Source: Aplysia californica (taxonomy: Eukaryota). From it: a DNA stretch of 64,000 bases. The translations under genes were made by a program, and so were the position numbers. The stretch covers positions 1,573,421 through 1,637,420 of the forward strand of contig NW_004797275.1 of the NCBI RefSeq assembly GCF_000002075.1, read 5' to 3'. Below the pieces are notes generated by a model, which saw only the letters and a program-made list of their open reading frames with translations, ran no database searches and was not told the DNA's origin. This document shows, piece by piece, positions 36,801-49,034 of the stretch. Numbering within the stretch: the stretch's first letter is position 1; every line of letters starts with the position of its first letter.

Positions 36801-39800
36801 TCCTGCAAAGTTTTACTTTCTAGACTAAGAACAATTGGACAGCTTGCCAAAGATAAGCGAAATTTAAACTTAGTCAGAGTCTGCTTTGATTTTCTCCAGC
36901 TTGTTGTAATCTAACTATTATAAGGAAAGGGAGGTTACACTGTAACCCTTGTCATCAATGCAATGAAATATTATAAAAGCTGCAGTGTCAGCATTGTTAA
37001 ATAATAATGCAAGAGGTTCAGCCAATGAGGGTTTCATTTGCTGTTCAAGTTACTAACAACAGCTCTTTTTGTTGTTATAACCATTCTGGTGGTCATAAAA
37101 CAAAAATAAGATGAGGGAATAAAAAAAAGACTTACTTTCCAAAGGGGCACAAATTACACTCTTTGCAGATTCCTCAAATTCAGAGTATCCTTTCCTGAGA
37201 AGACAGAAAAGTAAGACAGCACTATAAAAACTTGCTTAAAAAACATAATGCGTAAGTCACAGAATTATTAACTACACCAGGTCAATGTCAGATTTAAACG
37301 TGTCTAATTCATATTAATGTTGCATTAAATTCTTTTGATGCATAAACTGACTATCTAAATTAGTAGGATATGACAGATGATTATTCATTAACTACCTGTA
37401 CCTCAACAACTGAGTAAGGCATAATTTCCATCTCAATATAAACCAGAGGAAAACAATGGGTTCCTCACAGAGGGTAGAAATAAGGGAAAAACAGGCATTA
37501 AATAGAAAGTCTCTCGAAGTCCAACCCCTCGTCCACGCCGTGGGAGATGGAAACAAGACAAAGTAGGGGATAGCTGGGTCTGGGTGAAGTACGGTGTGAC
37601 TTTATGTCACTGAGGCGTTACGCTAGCCGTGAAGGCCGACCCGGGTCACCCCGAAACGTTGCTGGCCAACGGGGCTCTGGTGAAACTGCGACTGGCTTAG
37701 CAGGCCGGCAGTGGATATAAACATTGCTCAAGAAAACATAAGGAGACACAAACGGACTGATCAAAACGGACTAATGGAGAAGCTCTGCACGAAGAGAAAG
37801 AAATAATAAAAAGATGGGAAGAATATTTTCGTCAAGAACTACTAAACCCATCAGGAGTACAGGCACAAACCACACAGTGCCCCTTCACCGCCAACTACCC
37901 ACAGCACTCTGAACCTACCATCCTGGAGAGTGAAGTGAGAGAAGCACTGAAAACTAGTCCAAAGAACAAGGCAGCTGGAGACGATGGCATCACAACCAAA
38001 GCCATCCTTGCATGCGGCGAAACCGGAATACATTGGCTTACAATCATCTTCCAAAAAGCATGGAAAGAAAGAAAAGTGCCAGCAGACTGGCAAAATGCGA
38101 TAGTGGTGCCAATATGGAAGAAAAAGGGCAGCAAGAAAGACTGCAACACCTATAGAGGCATATCTCTTCTCAGCCATGTTGGGAAAATGTATGCAAAAAT
38201 CCTAGAGCGACGTACTCGCGCAAAAACCGAACATCTTCTCAGTGACGCCCAATTTGGCTTTAGAAAAGGAAGAGGGTGCACTGATGCAATCTTCGCACTC
38301 CGACAACTGTGTGAGAGGGCTTTGGAATACGACAAAGATCTCCACCTCGTATTTGTGGATCAACAAAAAGCCTTTGATCGAGTAAATTGAAGCAAGCTAT
38401 GGAAGATCTTAGAGCAGTACGACATCAAGGGACAACTGCTAGACAACATCAGGGCTATCTATGCCAACAGCAGAAGCGCTGTCCGAACTACCAGTGGAAC
38501 ATCGGACTGGTTTCCAGTAACATCCGGAGTGAGACAGGGCTGCAATCTCTCCCCTCTGCTCTTCGTGATCTACATGGACCAGATAACAAAAGAGGCCAAT
38601 CCAGACCCAGAGGCACTCAATGAACTCATGTTTGCAGATGACCTGGCAATGATTAACAACAAGACTCAGCTACAGGAGCATATAAACCAACTAAATGCGA
38701 GCTGCGAAAAATATGGCATGAAGATCAGTATAAGCAAGACCGAAGTCATGACAATTAGCAGGAGACCAGGTAAAGTGGATATCAACATCAATGGATCCCA
38801 ACTAAAACAAAGCAGAGAATTCAAATACCTGGGCAGCATTTTCACAGAAAATGGAAAATTAGATAGAGAGATAGAGACTAGATGCCAGAGAGCCAACGCA
38901 GTCAGCTACCAACTGGGCCCTCTCCTGAAACATCCCAATATCCCCATGAGCACCAAGGCGAAGCTCATCAACGCCATTTTCCTTCCAACGCTCACATATC
39001 AGTGCCAGACATGGACTCTAACAAAAGCCCTAGAGAGGAAACTGGTCACATGCGAGATGAAATGCTTAAGAAGAGCGGTCAACAAAACAAAAAGAGACAG
39101 AATTAAAAATGAAGTCATAAGGGATACCGTGGGAGCAACACCAGTCCTACCACACATTGAAAAACAAAAGGTTAAGTGGTTCGGACACCTCACGCGGATG
39201 CCCTCAAACCATCCAGCTCTGAGAGCATACAACATTAAATATTCTGGATGGAGAGCCAGAGGAAGACCAAGGCGACGATGGAGTGAATCTGTGGCAGACA
39301 CCCTAAAAGATCATGGGATGTCCCTCCTACAGGCCACACGACTTGCTGCAGACAGACACCTGTGTCTCCCCGTGACACCCCAGGGTACAAGCGGAAGACA
39401 AAAAGTAAAGTAAAGTAAATAGAAAGAGAAAGTTGTATATATATATATATATATCTTCGGGTTGTTTTTTTCCAGCATAAACATTACAGCACATGTAATA
39501 AACAATGAAAAAGTTACATGCAAACACAAAAATGGAAAAAAAATATTCTTAACTGCACTAATAAATGTAAACAAATAGTTCTAAATGTTTTACAAAACTG
39601 TTCATATATTACAAGTGAAAAATAACATTCACTCACTGACCATTTATTATGCCACAGGGACAACAGTCAAATTGAGGCTTGAATTGAATGCCCAAACTAA
39701 TGAGAAAGAAGGAGTTTGTTCAGTGATTTTAGGACACAGCCACAATAGAGAGAGTTAGGAAGCTGTTGCATCTGACTTCATTTATTAAGCCTATCTCTCA

Positions 39801-40148
39801 AGTCAGAGTCACACACAGTCATACTATAACCAGAGAGGCTTCTTTTCTGGATAAATCCACAAATGAAGATTTCTGACATGTCTGGATTTTGCCTGGTTTA
39901 AGGCACTTTCTATAAAAGATAATAGTCTCAATACTAGGTGCATTAGACAATGTGATCCGTACAGTTTGAGTAACGGCGCACACATTTCCAAGGGATCAAA
40001 AAAGTTCAGGGTTTTTATTTTTTCGTTGCCAGTCGGCACTTCTATAAAACAAAGCATGTTAAGATAAGATAAGATAAGATACATCTTTATTGTCTGGCAG
40101 ATCCTGGCACATTGGTTTGGTGTTTCACCATGTACACACACACACACA

Positions 40149-40181
<33 letters not shown>

Positions 40182-43100
40182 TCAAACATGAACGCACACA
40201 AACAGGCCTACAGTCACATGCATAATATTGATGAACAGTAATATAAACAATAATAATTTAAAGCCAGATACATACTCAGTATTCTGATTGTAATTCAATG
40301 TTATTCTGATGCGTGTTCTCTAAAGTCATATGAATGTCACAAAGCAACACTTTGATAGGTTACCTGAGAGCATCAAACAAATCTGTGGTGTATTTGACCT
40401 GCTGTTCATATACAGATCTGTGAAATGCAAGTTCTTCTTTCAGTGCAGCCTTTTCTTTCTCAAGGAGGTGATATCTGTGGTTGCAAGTCCCAATACCAGA
40501 TTGCAGTATATGCACAACTTCATCCTTCTTGCTTCGTGGTAATTGAGGCAAAGCTGCTATAACTCTCTCCACTGGTACTTCTTTGGTTAAGGGCCTCGAC
40601 AAGACAGGCTGCAAAAATACATTATAATGTATGATGATATATAGATTGTAAAGCACACAGAGCTCTCTGTTGAACAGGGATAGGCGATATTCAAATACTT
40701 TTTTCTATCATCATTATTATAATTATGTACGACAGCACAGAGCAAAGCAAGGTATGGGTTAATGACCCTCTTATGCTGAAATGTTATTTAAGGCCCACTA
40801 AGAAACATACTATGTGTCACCATTTGCATTTTATAGAAATATGGAAAGTTAAATTATTAACAACCTGTAATAACCTTTTTTTTTTTAAAACTTCCTAGGT
40901 GGGTGGTTGACAGGTGCTCGCCTGGTGTGGTTTGCTCCTTTTTTCCTATCAAACATCTATCGTCCTTATCACTCCTTCTTTTTTGTATTTGTTACTCTCC
41001 TGTAACATCTGTAATCTTCGGCACCTATACGACCTAATAGAGTTGTAAGTACCGTAAAATACTTACTAAAACAAAAACTTCCAAGCAATGTACATAAACA
41101 GGAAAGCATCTGCCTTTGCACTATAACACTGTACTAACGTATTATTATAGCCATAATCCTGTCCCCGTGGTTTTATGCACCCCGCATAATTTAGGAAAAA
41201 TTGATCATTTTTTGCATAATGTCTGATTATTTTCCTTTAATATTCTTTGTTAAAATTAACAGAATCGCATAATTTTACATTTTTGGGCTCAGTTTGCATA
41301 ATTTCAAAATTTTTCTTGCATAAAATGACGGGGACAGGTAATCATAGTAAAAGAATTTGGTACCTACCCAGGGTGAGCTGGGACATAGTAAGGACAAAGC
41401 CAGAAGGTCATCAGTGGCATCCTTGACCACTAACAAGGATTTCAGAAGCTTTTCCATCAGTCTCTCCTGTTCTGCACAATTCATGCTCCCTCCATGGACA
41501 TGCCCTATATGGAGACTTTGCATCTGCTCATGAACTCCAATGAGCTCCTTGTACACGGTGCATAGCTTAGACTCCAGCTGGGCCTGAGAAAACAGACATT
41601 CAAAAATAAAGTTGTGTAAAAGACCATTTCAACTTTATAAGTTAATATATTTTGAAAGCAAATAAACCAATACTGAAATATAAATGACAGGGGGAAAAGA
41701 CAGACTGAGGTCCATAAGGTGGTAAATGAAAGACTGAGAAAGGGAATGACTTGAAATTACAGTCAAAGATTATGTTGAGAGACATTTTTGGATTTGAAAA
41801 CATGCTGGGGATCTTCAGATATCCGTACGAGACTGATCTGAAATAGGTACAGAAAAATGGGGACTTGTCCAGTTTACCCAGGCAGCACATCCTCAAATCA
41901 TGAAGCTTTTCACTTTTTCAAAGAAAGTGGTTACACAAGTCAAAATAATGTTCTGAAACTTATTTTTGGTCCTGTCGTAGAATTGTTTGGTCTGATCAAT
42001 GTAACATTTTCTGATTTGTCAATAACAGCCCTACAAAACCCCCCAAAAACAGGGACAGCGTGTGAAAAATTAAATCCATGGTATATAAAAAGGGAAAATA
42101 AAGGGGGCTTTCGTCCACGTACGCCCGACATATAAAACTGTAAAAAAAAAGGATATAGATATATATGTGAGGCATCATGGTGAAATCAGGCGCTCATCAA
42201 AACAATGAAATCAAAGAAAACAGCATTTTCCCGCAGGTTTGGATATGCTTCTTATGATCCGGAGAAGGCTGCTTATGATATGGAGAGCAAAAACATAGTA
42301 GTCTAGAACTTCAACTCACTGAAGTTCGACCAAATTTGACAAGGCCTGTACATGTATGCTGGGACTTGCCTGGATGACCTTTGAATAACATTAAGCTGTG
42401 CTATCCCATTGCCTGACACCAAACACTATATACCAAAGGATAGGACATTACCTTCATAAAGCTAGAAGCTCAGTAACAGAGAAGTACATAAATATGATAG
42501 TGCTCATTTCATACAGAGAAAAAAGACAAACAATAGAAGGATAGCAAAGAAGTAAGGCTTCCCCATGACACCCCCAGCCGCCCACACTGTCATCTGTTCA
42601 GAAAACCTGTATCAACAAAGTACATACCACATGCTGCAGATTGAGATAATCCATTCGTCCAAGAGAAATATCCAGTACAGACAACGTCTCCTTTTGTTTT
42701 GCCTTTCCATTAAGAAATGGGTTCAGAAGCAAAAGACTCTTTCCCACTTCTTCTCTGTCACATTTCTGTGAAGCAAAAAGCTTATATTAATATTTGTATT
42801 CAAAATTTCCATGAGCAACTTTAGGGCGAAGTTGGCATTTGGGATACCTTTATCCGTAACAAATCCAAATTCTGTTTCAGTAATTTCAGGATATATTTCA
42901 GTTCTCATTCTTTTCATTAGTACCCCCAGGAGGAATTTAGTAAGATGATTCATGAGACGGATTGTCCTGTGCTGTTCACATTCTGATATTCCAGCTTTTT
43001 GCAGCAATGCTATAAAGATAGATTTTTTCAGATCTTCTGGTACCTGACCTCTACAGTATTGTATATATATGGTGTAAAGTAATGTTGTCACTTCTTTGAA

Positions 43101-46100
43101 TCCACCCCTTCTAGTGCTGTGATCATTTTAATGAGTATGTTGTCTGAGCCTGGAACTTTGCCATATTTCATTTAATCCATGGTGTCTTGAACTTCTTCTG
43201 TCAATATTAATGTTCCCTCAATGTCTTTCAGAAATGCTGGTGCAGAACCGTTATCATAATAGTACATAGTACAGTTCTTCAATATATTCTGACTATCTGT
43301 TCAAAATATATCTAGTATTCATCAAAATTTCTCCTCTTTAGGATTATAAACATCCTATTTTGGGTGAACATAATATTGTATTAGTATGCGAGAAAAAATT
43401 TGTTGAATTATCAATAGGTAGGCCTTTTGGAATATGATTTCATCTTCTCTTTAATGGCTCTATTCCAGCTGGTTCTAGATGTTTAAAAATAAAGATATAG
43501 CAGTATTTGATATAACATTTACTGAGCCAAATTTTTCCCAAACATGACAGCTGATCTTGAAACTATGAGTGGCAATAATATTGTGTTTTATAAGAATATA
43601 TATATATACACAGCATTTCCCTGCCCACTTCCGTACTTAACTCTAACTTACTTCCAACACACACCACCGTTCAGTGAAACCTACCTCAACAGATTTAAAA
43701 AGTTTTATCCTTGATGATTCTAAAGCCTCAATCATGGAAGTCAGATCACTGCGGGAAATTGACACCATGGGCCCTTTGATTTCAGATGCCACATACGACC
43801 TGTTCATTGAAGTATGTGTAGTTATTCAAATCTGTTGGTATAACAATGAGGCAAAAAACAATAAACATAAAACTAAAATTTGTCAAACAAATACTGAAAT
43901 ATTAATTATTCAAAGCCATACCAACCATTCATAATCAATTTATCGATACAAGAATCCAGTAATGCAAATAAACCAACGGCATCTGTGGCGTAGGGGTAAG
44001 GCACTACACCATCTCACAAAGGAGACTTGAGTTCGATTCCTGTGTTGGGAGAATTTTTATCGAGTAAACTCCGCCTTTCTGATGAGATCTGTATCCCTCT
44101 CAGTCCAAGCTGGCCCTCATAGGCAGGGTCAATACCCACCTCCAGACTAATCTAGATTGTGTTGATGGGGGTGAAAGCATAAACATTTAAGGAAAAAAAG
44201 CCCTTACCTCAATCTGTCTGCAAGCCAAGCCATCGTATTTTCAGTTTCCATAATGGCCTCTGATCGAGACCCCAGTGCTTCATTTAAAATGGCAATCTGA
44301 AACAGATCGGTATATTAAGTAAGCTGGTGAAAGTAGGAGGATCAAAACTTGCCATACATAATCCAATAACTTTGGGCTTTACCTGCAATTCTAATCAACC
44401 ATTCACTTCATTTCAAATTAATTAGGCTTATCTGGAAAAATTTTTTTTTTTTTTTTAAAGCATACCCACAAAAGTCTTTCACTCAAAACATCAAATTAAA
44501 AAGAAGACTAGATAAAGTGTAGATAACATTTGACTATAAGTCGACCATAAGTAACACCACAGTCAAAGAAAGATAACTTGTAGAAAAATTTAATTTCTAC
44601 TACATTACCAAAAGCTTACAACAGTATTGTGTTGAAGATGTGAAAATTAGCTTCTGACATTATGCTTTTAAAGAGGTAAATTTCGTCTCGAGATAAAATA
44701 AAAAATATATACCTGCAGCATAGATATCAACAAGACTTGGCACATTTTCAGAGTCACACCAACATGAATACATAAAGGCTACAACAAGAAAGACGCTGGT
44801 GGGGGGGGAGGGTTCTAGAGGTGCAGTGATTGCCTCTTCTTCCAAAGTAGGATACCAGATACAATTTTCCCACCTCATGCAAGCATGGTCGGGAATTCAT
44901 TTTGAGTGTCGAAATTTACTCACAGTCATGACCCTAGTCTAACATTTTAAAGACACTCCGAGAGCTGAAAAATTGCCGAATAAAGTCAGTCGCCTAAGCC
45001 AAATGCCACAATAATACGAGCAAAAAATGAATTCACTCCAAGTCTGGTGAGTGTAAATAAATATATGCCTCTACCTATGTAAATGGTCCCAGTTGCTTTG
45101 GACTTAAAGGCGCAAGACACTATATCTAAGAAAGAAAATAAGCCATGAATGATAAAGCCAGTAACACTGTGCACTGAAGAAGCTACAGTTGACTGGAAAT
45201 TACCTGTCTTTCTAGCTGAATGACTTGAAACTTTATCAGATTAATACGTCTTTCATCAATATTCTCATGAGAGCTTTCACTTGTGACTTGCTTCAAAGAT
45301 GATCTGGAAGGATATAAAAAAGCCTACAAAGTAATATTTGTTTTCATTTTATGTGTTCATTCTATGATGAAACAATGACCCATAGATTATAATGATTCCT
45401 GAGGGAAGATAGAGAGAAATATTTTTATAAAAGAAAAATCAAATTCAGTATGTGTGCATGCATGTCTGAGTGGTGTGCATTATTTCCGGTGCAAGTAGGA
45501 GCCATGGACTTTAGAATGAATTTTTTTTATCACACGACATTGTCATTACAATTTCAAAGCATATTGAAACTATGAAAAACTGCCAGTTGCAATGTCATAC
45601 ATGTATATGTCAAGGAAAAGAGTAACCATGAGGGGGCCAGCATTTCAAAGACAATCTGACATTTTGACCAATGGAGAAGAGCAAGTGATTGTACCAATCG
45701 AAAACAATCTAGCAATTGACATTTAGAAGATGCTCAGTGTAAATGGGCATGTAGTGAGTAAATTTCATTGTCTGCTTGTTCACACCAATTCTTCTCCCTT
45801 CATTCCAACCCAAAGTATAGTAAACCAACTCATGAAAGTTTCATGCTCTGAGTTCGAACTGTGTTCTTAGGAAGATTTCGATTTTTAGACAGGTTATTAG
45901 TATGCAAATTATATTTTTAAAATTCTGTTACACTGTAAAAACCGTTTCTTAGGCTGACCAGGTTCTTACACGAGTGTAAAGTCACCACTGCTTTTATTGT
46001 GATCTACATTTTCTAGCAGTTTCTCATTTGCCTAGACTTTCTAAAAAGTCTTTTCCCTATAGATTTGTCATTCACATCATTCAGGTACGAGATCTATTTC

Positions 46101-47148
46101 ATTGGTCTTAAAAGCACCTGGTTCTTTCCATTAATTTAAAAATGATTAAACAAATGGAAAATACAATTTACCTTAAATCTTGAAGATCTTCTTTCAATTT
46201 CACATTTTTTTCCTTCAGCACCTGTGAAAGGAAAATCAGTTCAAGATGCAAGATACACTGTACAGTACAACATTTTATGCTAGAGCACATGCAGCAATAC
46301 TGGAGTATTTCGTGGCACGTAAACAAGGTGAATGTTAGTTGTAAAACATTCCGAATTTGTATTTAGTTGACGCCAACCTAAGAATAATTTCAAAATATAA
46401 TCTCACCTCCAGGTAGGGAAATCTAAAGTAACAAAATAGTATTGAAATAAAGATGAAATCTATGAAAACTTTGTTTTTAGTATTGTTTTTGTTAACCTTA
46501 TCCGTACACCCTGGGGTCATTTTGTACCCCCGGGTTGTATTCTTCACATTTTAGAATACTTCTAGTACAAAGATCTCTTTGAAACTTTCAATATTTCTCC
46601 AAAAATAATTTTGACAGACCCCTAGGCAAAGCCTACGGATCGGATTAACGAGTAAATTTTCTCTTTGGAAGTGGAGGTACAGAGTTGCCCATGTCGTATG
46701 GATATGACAGTAAAACACGACGTACGGATAGGATTAAATGCACATATAAACCTTGTAAGTGTATGGTCATTTAAGAGACGAAACCTTCAGATTGAACATG
46801 AATTTCTGACATGGCTAAGCCAAGTGGGTCTTGAAAACTCCCCAACCAACCCAAGTTCAAAAACGCTCCTTTGGGTATTTGAACCCGGGTCTTCCACACC
46901 ATTGTCCAATATGGCACTAACTGAGCTATCAGTCAATGTGCTCAAAGTTGAGCTTCCCTACACTGATTCCCCAAAAAAGTTTTTCAACAGTTAAGTCGTA
47001 ATGTTACAATTTTTTCTCTTACCTTGTTTTCATTCAGAACTCTAGAGTAACTTTCTTTTTGATTCTCTTGACTTGGTGAAGAGTTCTGAAGAGGACTGAG
47101 GGTTCTCTTTCTGTTGTAGGCCCCAGAGAGTCCAAGTTTCCCGTTCAT
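32921..47148 (-). CDS. Uncharacterised ~730-aa coiled-coil/helical protein with low-complexity S/K/E-rich C-terminus, spliced gene
   Basis: 12 phase-compatible GT-AG coding exons: 47148-47023, 46221-46172, 45303-45204, 44296-44208, 43799-43685, 42765-42628, 41583-41368, 40608-40364, 37194-37136, 35727-35636, 34551-34503, 33834-32921 (2193 nt, no internal stop). Probable 5' exon ends at 49035. Confidence 0.88.
34815..35242. mobile_element. ~430-bp MITE family A, full copy (TA|TGTG...CACA|TA)
   Basis: Subterminal inverted AATCAGGCGCTCGTCAA. Other copies at ~42166-42245 (partial), 54069-54483, 58439-59843 (interrupted) and ~63660-64000 (inverted). Confidence 0.85.
36026..36553 (-). mobile_element. 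Full-length tRNA-derived SINE with Deu/Nin-like central domain and 12-bp TSD
   Basis: A box TGGCCTAGAGGTT, B box GGTTCGAATCC, core GCACGTTAAAGATCCCTTGG...TAAGAGTAGG...GGGCAAAATTC, A-rich tail; TSD CTTCTAAACTTT at 36014-36025 and 36554-36565. Confidence 0.88.
37509..37569 (+). ncRNA. Predicted HDV-like self-cleaving ribozyme at the RTE 5' end, possibly slightly degenerate
   Basis: P1 GTCTCTC/GGGAGAT with G+1.U wobble, L3 TCCACGC, P3 CG/CG, P1.1 CC/GG, J4/2 CAAA, P2 CCCCT/AGGGG; G+1 sits at the TSD boundary. Confidence 0.7.
37761..39413 (+). pseudogene. RTE reverse-transcriptase reading frame with one nonsense codon
   Basis: ORFs 37935-38390 and 38529-39413 share a frame, split by TGA at 38388-38390 (DRVN*SKLW, likely CGA>TGA); no in-frame ATG at the 5' end. 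Confidence 0.9.
40132..40200. repeat. (CA)n microsatellite
   Basis: Direct reading. Confidence 0.95.
40364..40608 (-). CDS. Internal exon of the coiled-coil gene (PVLSRPL...LFDAL)
   Basis: Splice sites and phase fit neighbouring exons. Confidence 0.88.
41150..41348. mobile_element. ~200-bp MITE
   Basis: Inverted CCTGTCCCCGT..TTTTATGCA (41158) / TGCATAAAA..ACGGGGACAGG (ends 41338). Confidence 0.7.
41368..41583 (-). CDS. Internal exon of the coiled-coil gene (AQLESKL...LSLLCPSSPW)
   Basis: 216 nt, phase 0/0. Confidence 0.88.
42790..43330 (-). mobile_element. Old degenerate RTE (BovB-like) RT fragment
   Basis: GQVPEDLKKSIFIAL..KAG..ECEQHRTIRLMNH.TK...FGFVTDKG, with stops and frameshifts upstream. 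Confidence 0.85.
43975..44190 (+). mobile_element. tRNA-derived SINE
   Basis: A-box-like TGGCGTAGGGGTAAGG, B-box-like GAGTTCGATTCC, A-rich end. Confidence 0.6.
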
Positions 47149-47344
47149 ATTGTATCCAGCCTGATTTGACACGTAATTTCTTCGTACAAACTTGGACAAT
47201 TACTCTTGATGATCGCACTCAACCACACTGATCTGCACTGTGGACAAAATCATGGATTCAAACTTAAATTATTATTAAAATTCTTATTCAAGTTATAAGT
47301 AATTTAATTTTAAAAACTCCCATACCACCTAAAGTTCAAAAACA

Positions 47345-47482
47345 AAAATTGTCCAAGAGAAAAAGTGGTTGTTTTAGACAGGTGGATGTCTTGGACAGTG
47401 TCATAATAATAAAGAAAAACCACAAGGAGGAAGAGGAAAGTGGTAGTTTGTACACGTGGTCATTAGAACAGGTTCAACTGTA
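47345..47482. mobile_element. Old Tc1/pogo-type MITE remnant (family also at ~10660, ~36595, ~56620)
   Basis: Terminal GGTTCAACTG|TA and repeated ACAGGTGG motifs; TA|CAGTTGAA starts at ~36594 and ~56622. Confidence 0.55.
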
Positions 47483-47517
47483 CTTGCCCTAGCCAAAAAC
47501 TATTTAAAGAATTATAA

Positions 47518-47759
47518 TGTCAAGTGCCATTTGCCGATCATCGTGATCTTAAGATAGCGCAGAACCATATGACAATCCACAGAAAGCGCGGCCATCTCGA
47601 GATGGGCGTGCCATCTACGGATTATGTCCAAAAATGAATAGAGCTGCGCGATCTTAAGATTGTGCAAAGCAAGCAAGAATTGCGCCATCTGCCGATCGCT
47701 TGGAAACACACAAACACATATAACATATTATTACACACATAGAGGCGAGAGTGGCAAAG

Positions 47760-47834
<75 letters not shown>

Positions 47835-48089
47835 GAGGGGGGGGGAGAGAGAGAGGGAGAGGTTTTTGTATATACCCAAGATAGATAAAAGTCACTTCAC
47901 ACCACACATGCACACGCTAAAACAACATACACACACTTTTTTGAAAATTTTTTTAAATAAATGATAATAAATTTTGCGGAGTTTTGTTTGTGAACTTTGC
48001 AAAATCTCGAGATGGCCACGCTTTCTGCGGATCGTCATATGGTTCTGCGCCATCTTAAGAGAGCGCTGATCGGCAAATGGCGCTTGACA
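47518..48089. mobile_element. Non-autonomous DNA transposon with ~85-bp TIRs and internal (GA)n
   Basis: TGTCAAG.GCCATTTGCCGATCA...GGCCATCTCGAGAT matched in inverse at ~48004-48089; (GA)n at ~47764-47860. Confidence 0.88.
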
Positions 48090-48254
48090 AAAATATATCT
48101 TCTCTACTAAATGGGCCATGTAGTGTATACCTCTGGCAGCAATTCTAGTGTAGGCCTGATATAGCTCGATTAAAGAAAATTCAAATATTTCGAAAACTAT
48201 TAATTTGCAAAAGAAATTAAGTTAATATAAATATTTGTGTTCAGCGCATCAATA

Positions 48255-48945
48255 ATTAGATCTAGCTAAATCTAGATTTAGAATTCTAGATAGATCTAGA
48301 TCTAGAATCTAGATCTAGATCTAGATCTAGTAGAAAATGAACAACTGGTAGATCTAGTGGTGATTGTTAAGATTCCCGCGTTTAATTCCGATGTGCGTTT
48401 TTCATAACCTCATTTCGCTTTGGTCCTAACCTTAACCCTAGTCTAACCCTAACCCTAACCCTAGGCCCTAGGGTTAGGGACCAAAGCGAAATATGCCTGC
48501 CTGAGGGTATGAAAAACGCACATCGGAATTAAACACGGGAATCTTAACAATCGCCATAGTGTGAGACAGGAGGGAAAGTAAAAGAATACCCAGAACCTAA
48601 ATACGTACTTTGAAAAAAATCCTAGATTAGATCTAGATCTAGATCTAGATCTAGATTCTAGATTAGATCTTGTAGATAATTCAGGCCTCTTGATCTACTC
48701 GCAGTTAAGACATTAAGAGAGACAGTGCCTGAACTGATGAATCTAAACTCTCTAGATTCTATTTCAAATCAATTTCTAGATTCTAGAGTCTAGAACTAGA
48801 GTCTTAGATCTATATCTATATTCTAGATCTAGATTTCTAGATCTAGATCTAGATCTAGATTATATATATCTAGATGGCTGCCTATCTAGAATCTAGATAT
48901 ATAGATCTAGATCTAGAAATAGATCTCTAGATCTAGATCTAATTC
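48255..48945. repeat. Degenerate palindromic (CTAGAT)n arrays
   Basis: Runs of TCTAGATCTAGA at ~48260-48355, 48620-48670 and 48750-48945. Confidence 0.9.
48358..48556. mobile_element. Palindromic MITE with telomere-like (CCCTAA)n centre and 3-bp TAG TSD
   Basis: Arms TGGTGATTGTTAAGATTCCCG...TTTCGCTTTGGTCC and GGACCAAAGCGAAA...CGGGAATCTTAACAATCGCCA; TAG on both flanks. Confidence 0.85.
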
Positions 48946-49034
48946 TTTTAAGACAAAGACAAAGTTTTCTCGGCCGTTTTCTCAAAAGAAAAAGGAACAA
49001 AAACAAGGCCTAATCAAGCAGAAAGAATGTTTAC

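Larger units (their letters stand above)
37509..39415 (+). mobile_element. RTE-clade non-LTR retrotransposon, internally deleted (no AP endonuclease), intact ends, TSD TAAATAGAAA(G)
   Basis: RT motifs YRGISLL, QFGFR, AFDRV, RQGCNLSPLLF, FADD, FKYLG; (AAAGT)n tail; TSD at 37499-37508 and 39416-39425; antisense in an intron of the - strand gene. Confidence 0.95.

Noticed and set aside
37935-39413. Domesticated or bacterial-type (retron/DGR) reverse transcriptase
   Set aside because: Typical RTE motifs, tail and TSD; contains a nonsense codon and has no start codon.
48426-48480. Telomere or fusion site
   Set aside because: Only a few repeats, internal to a MITE with a TSD.
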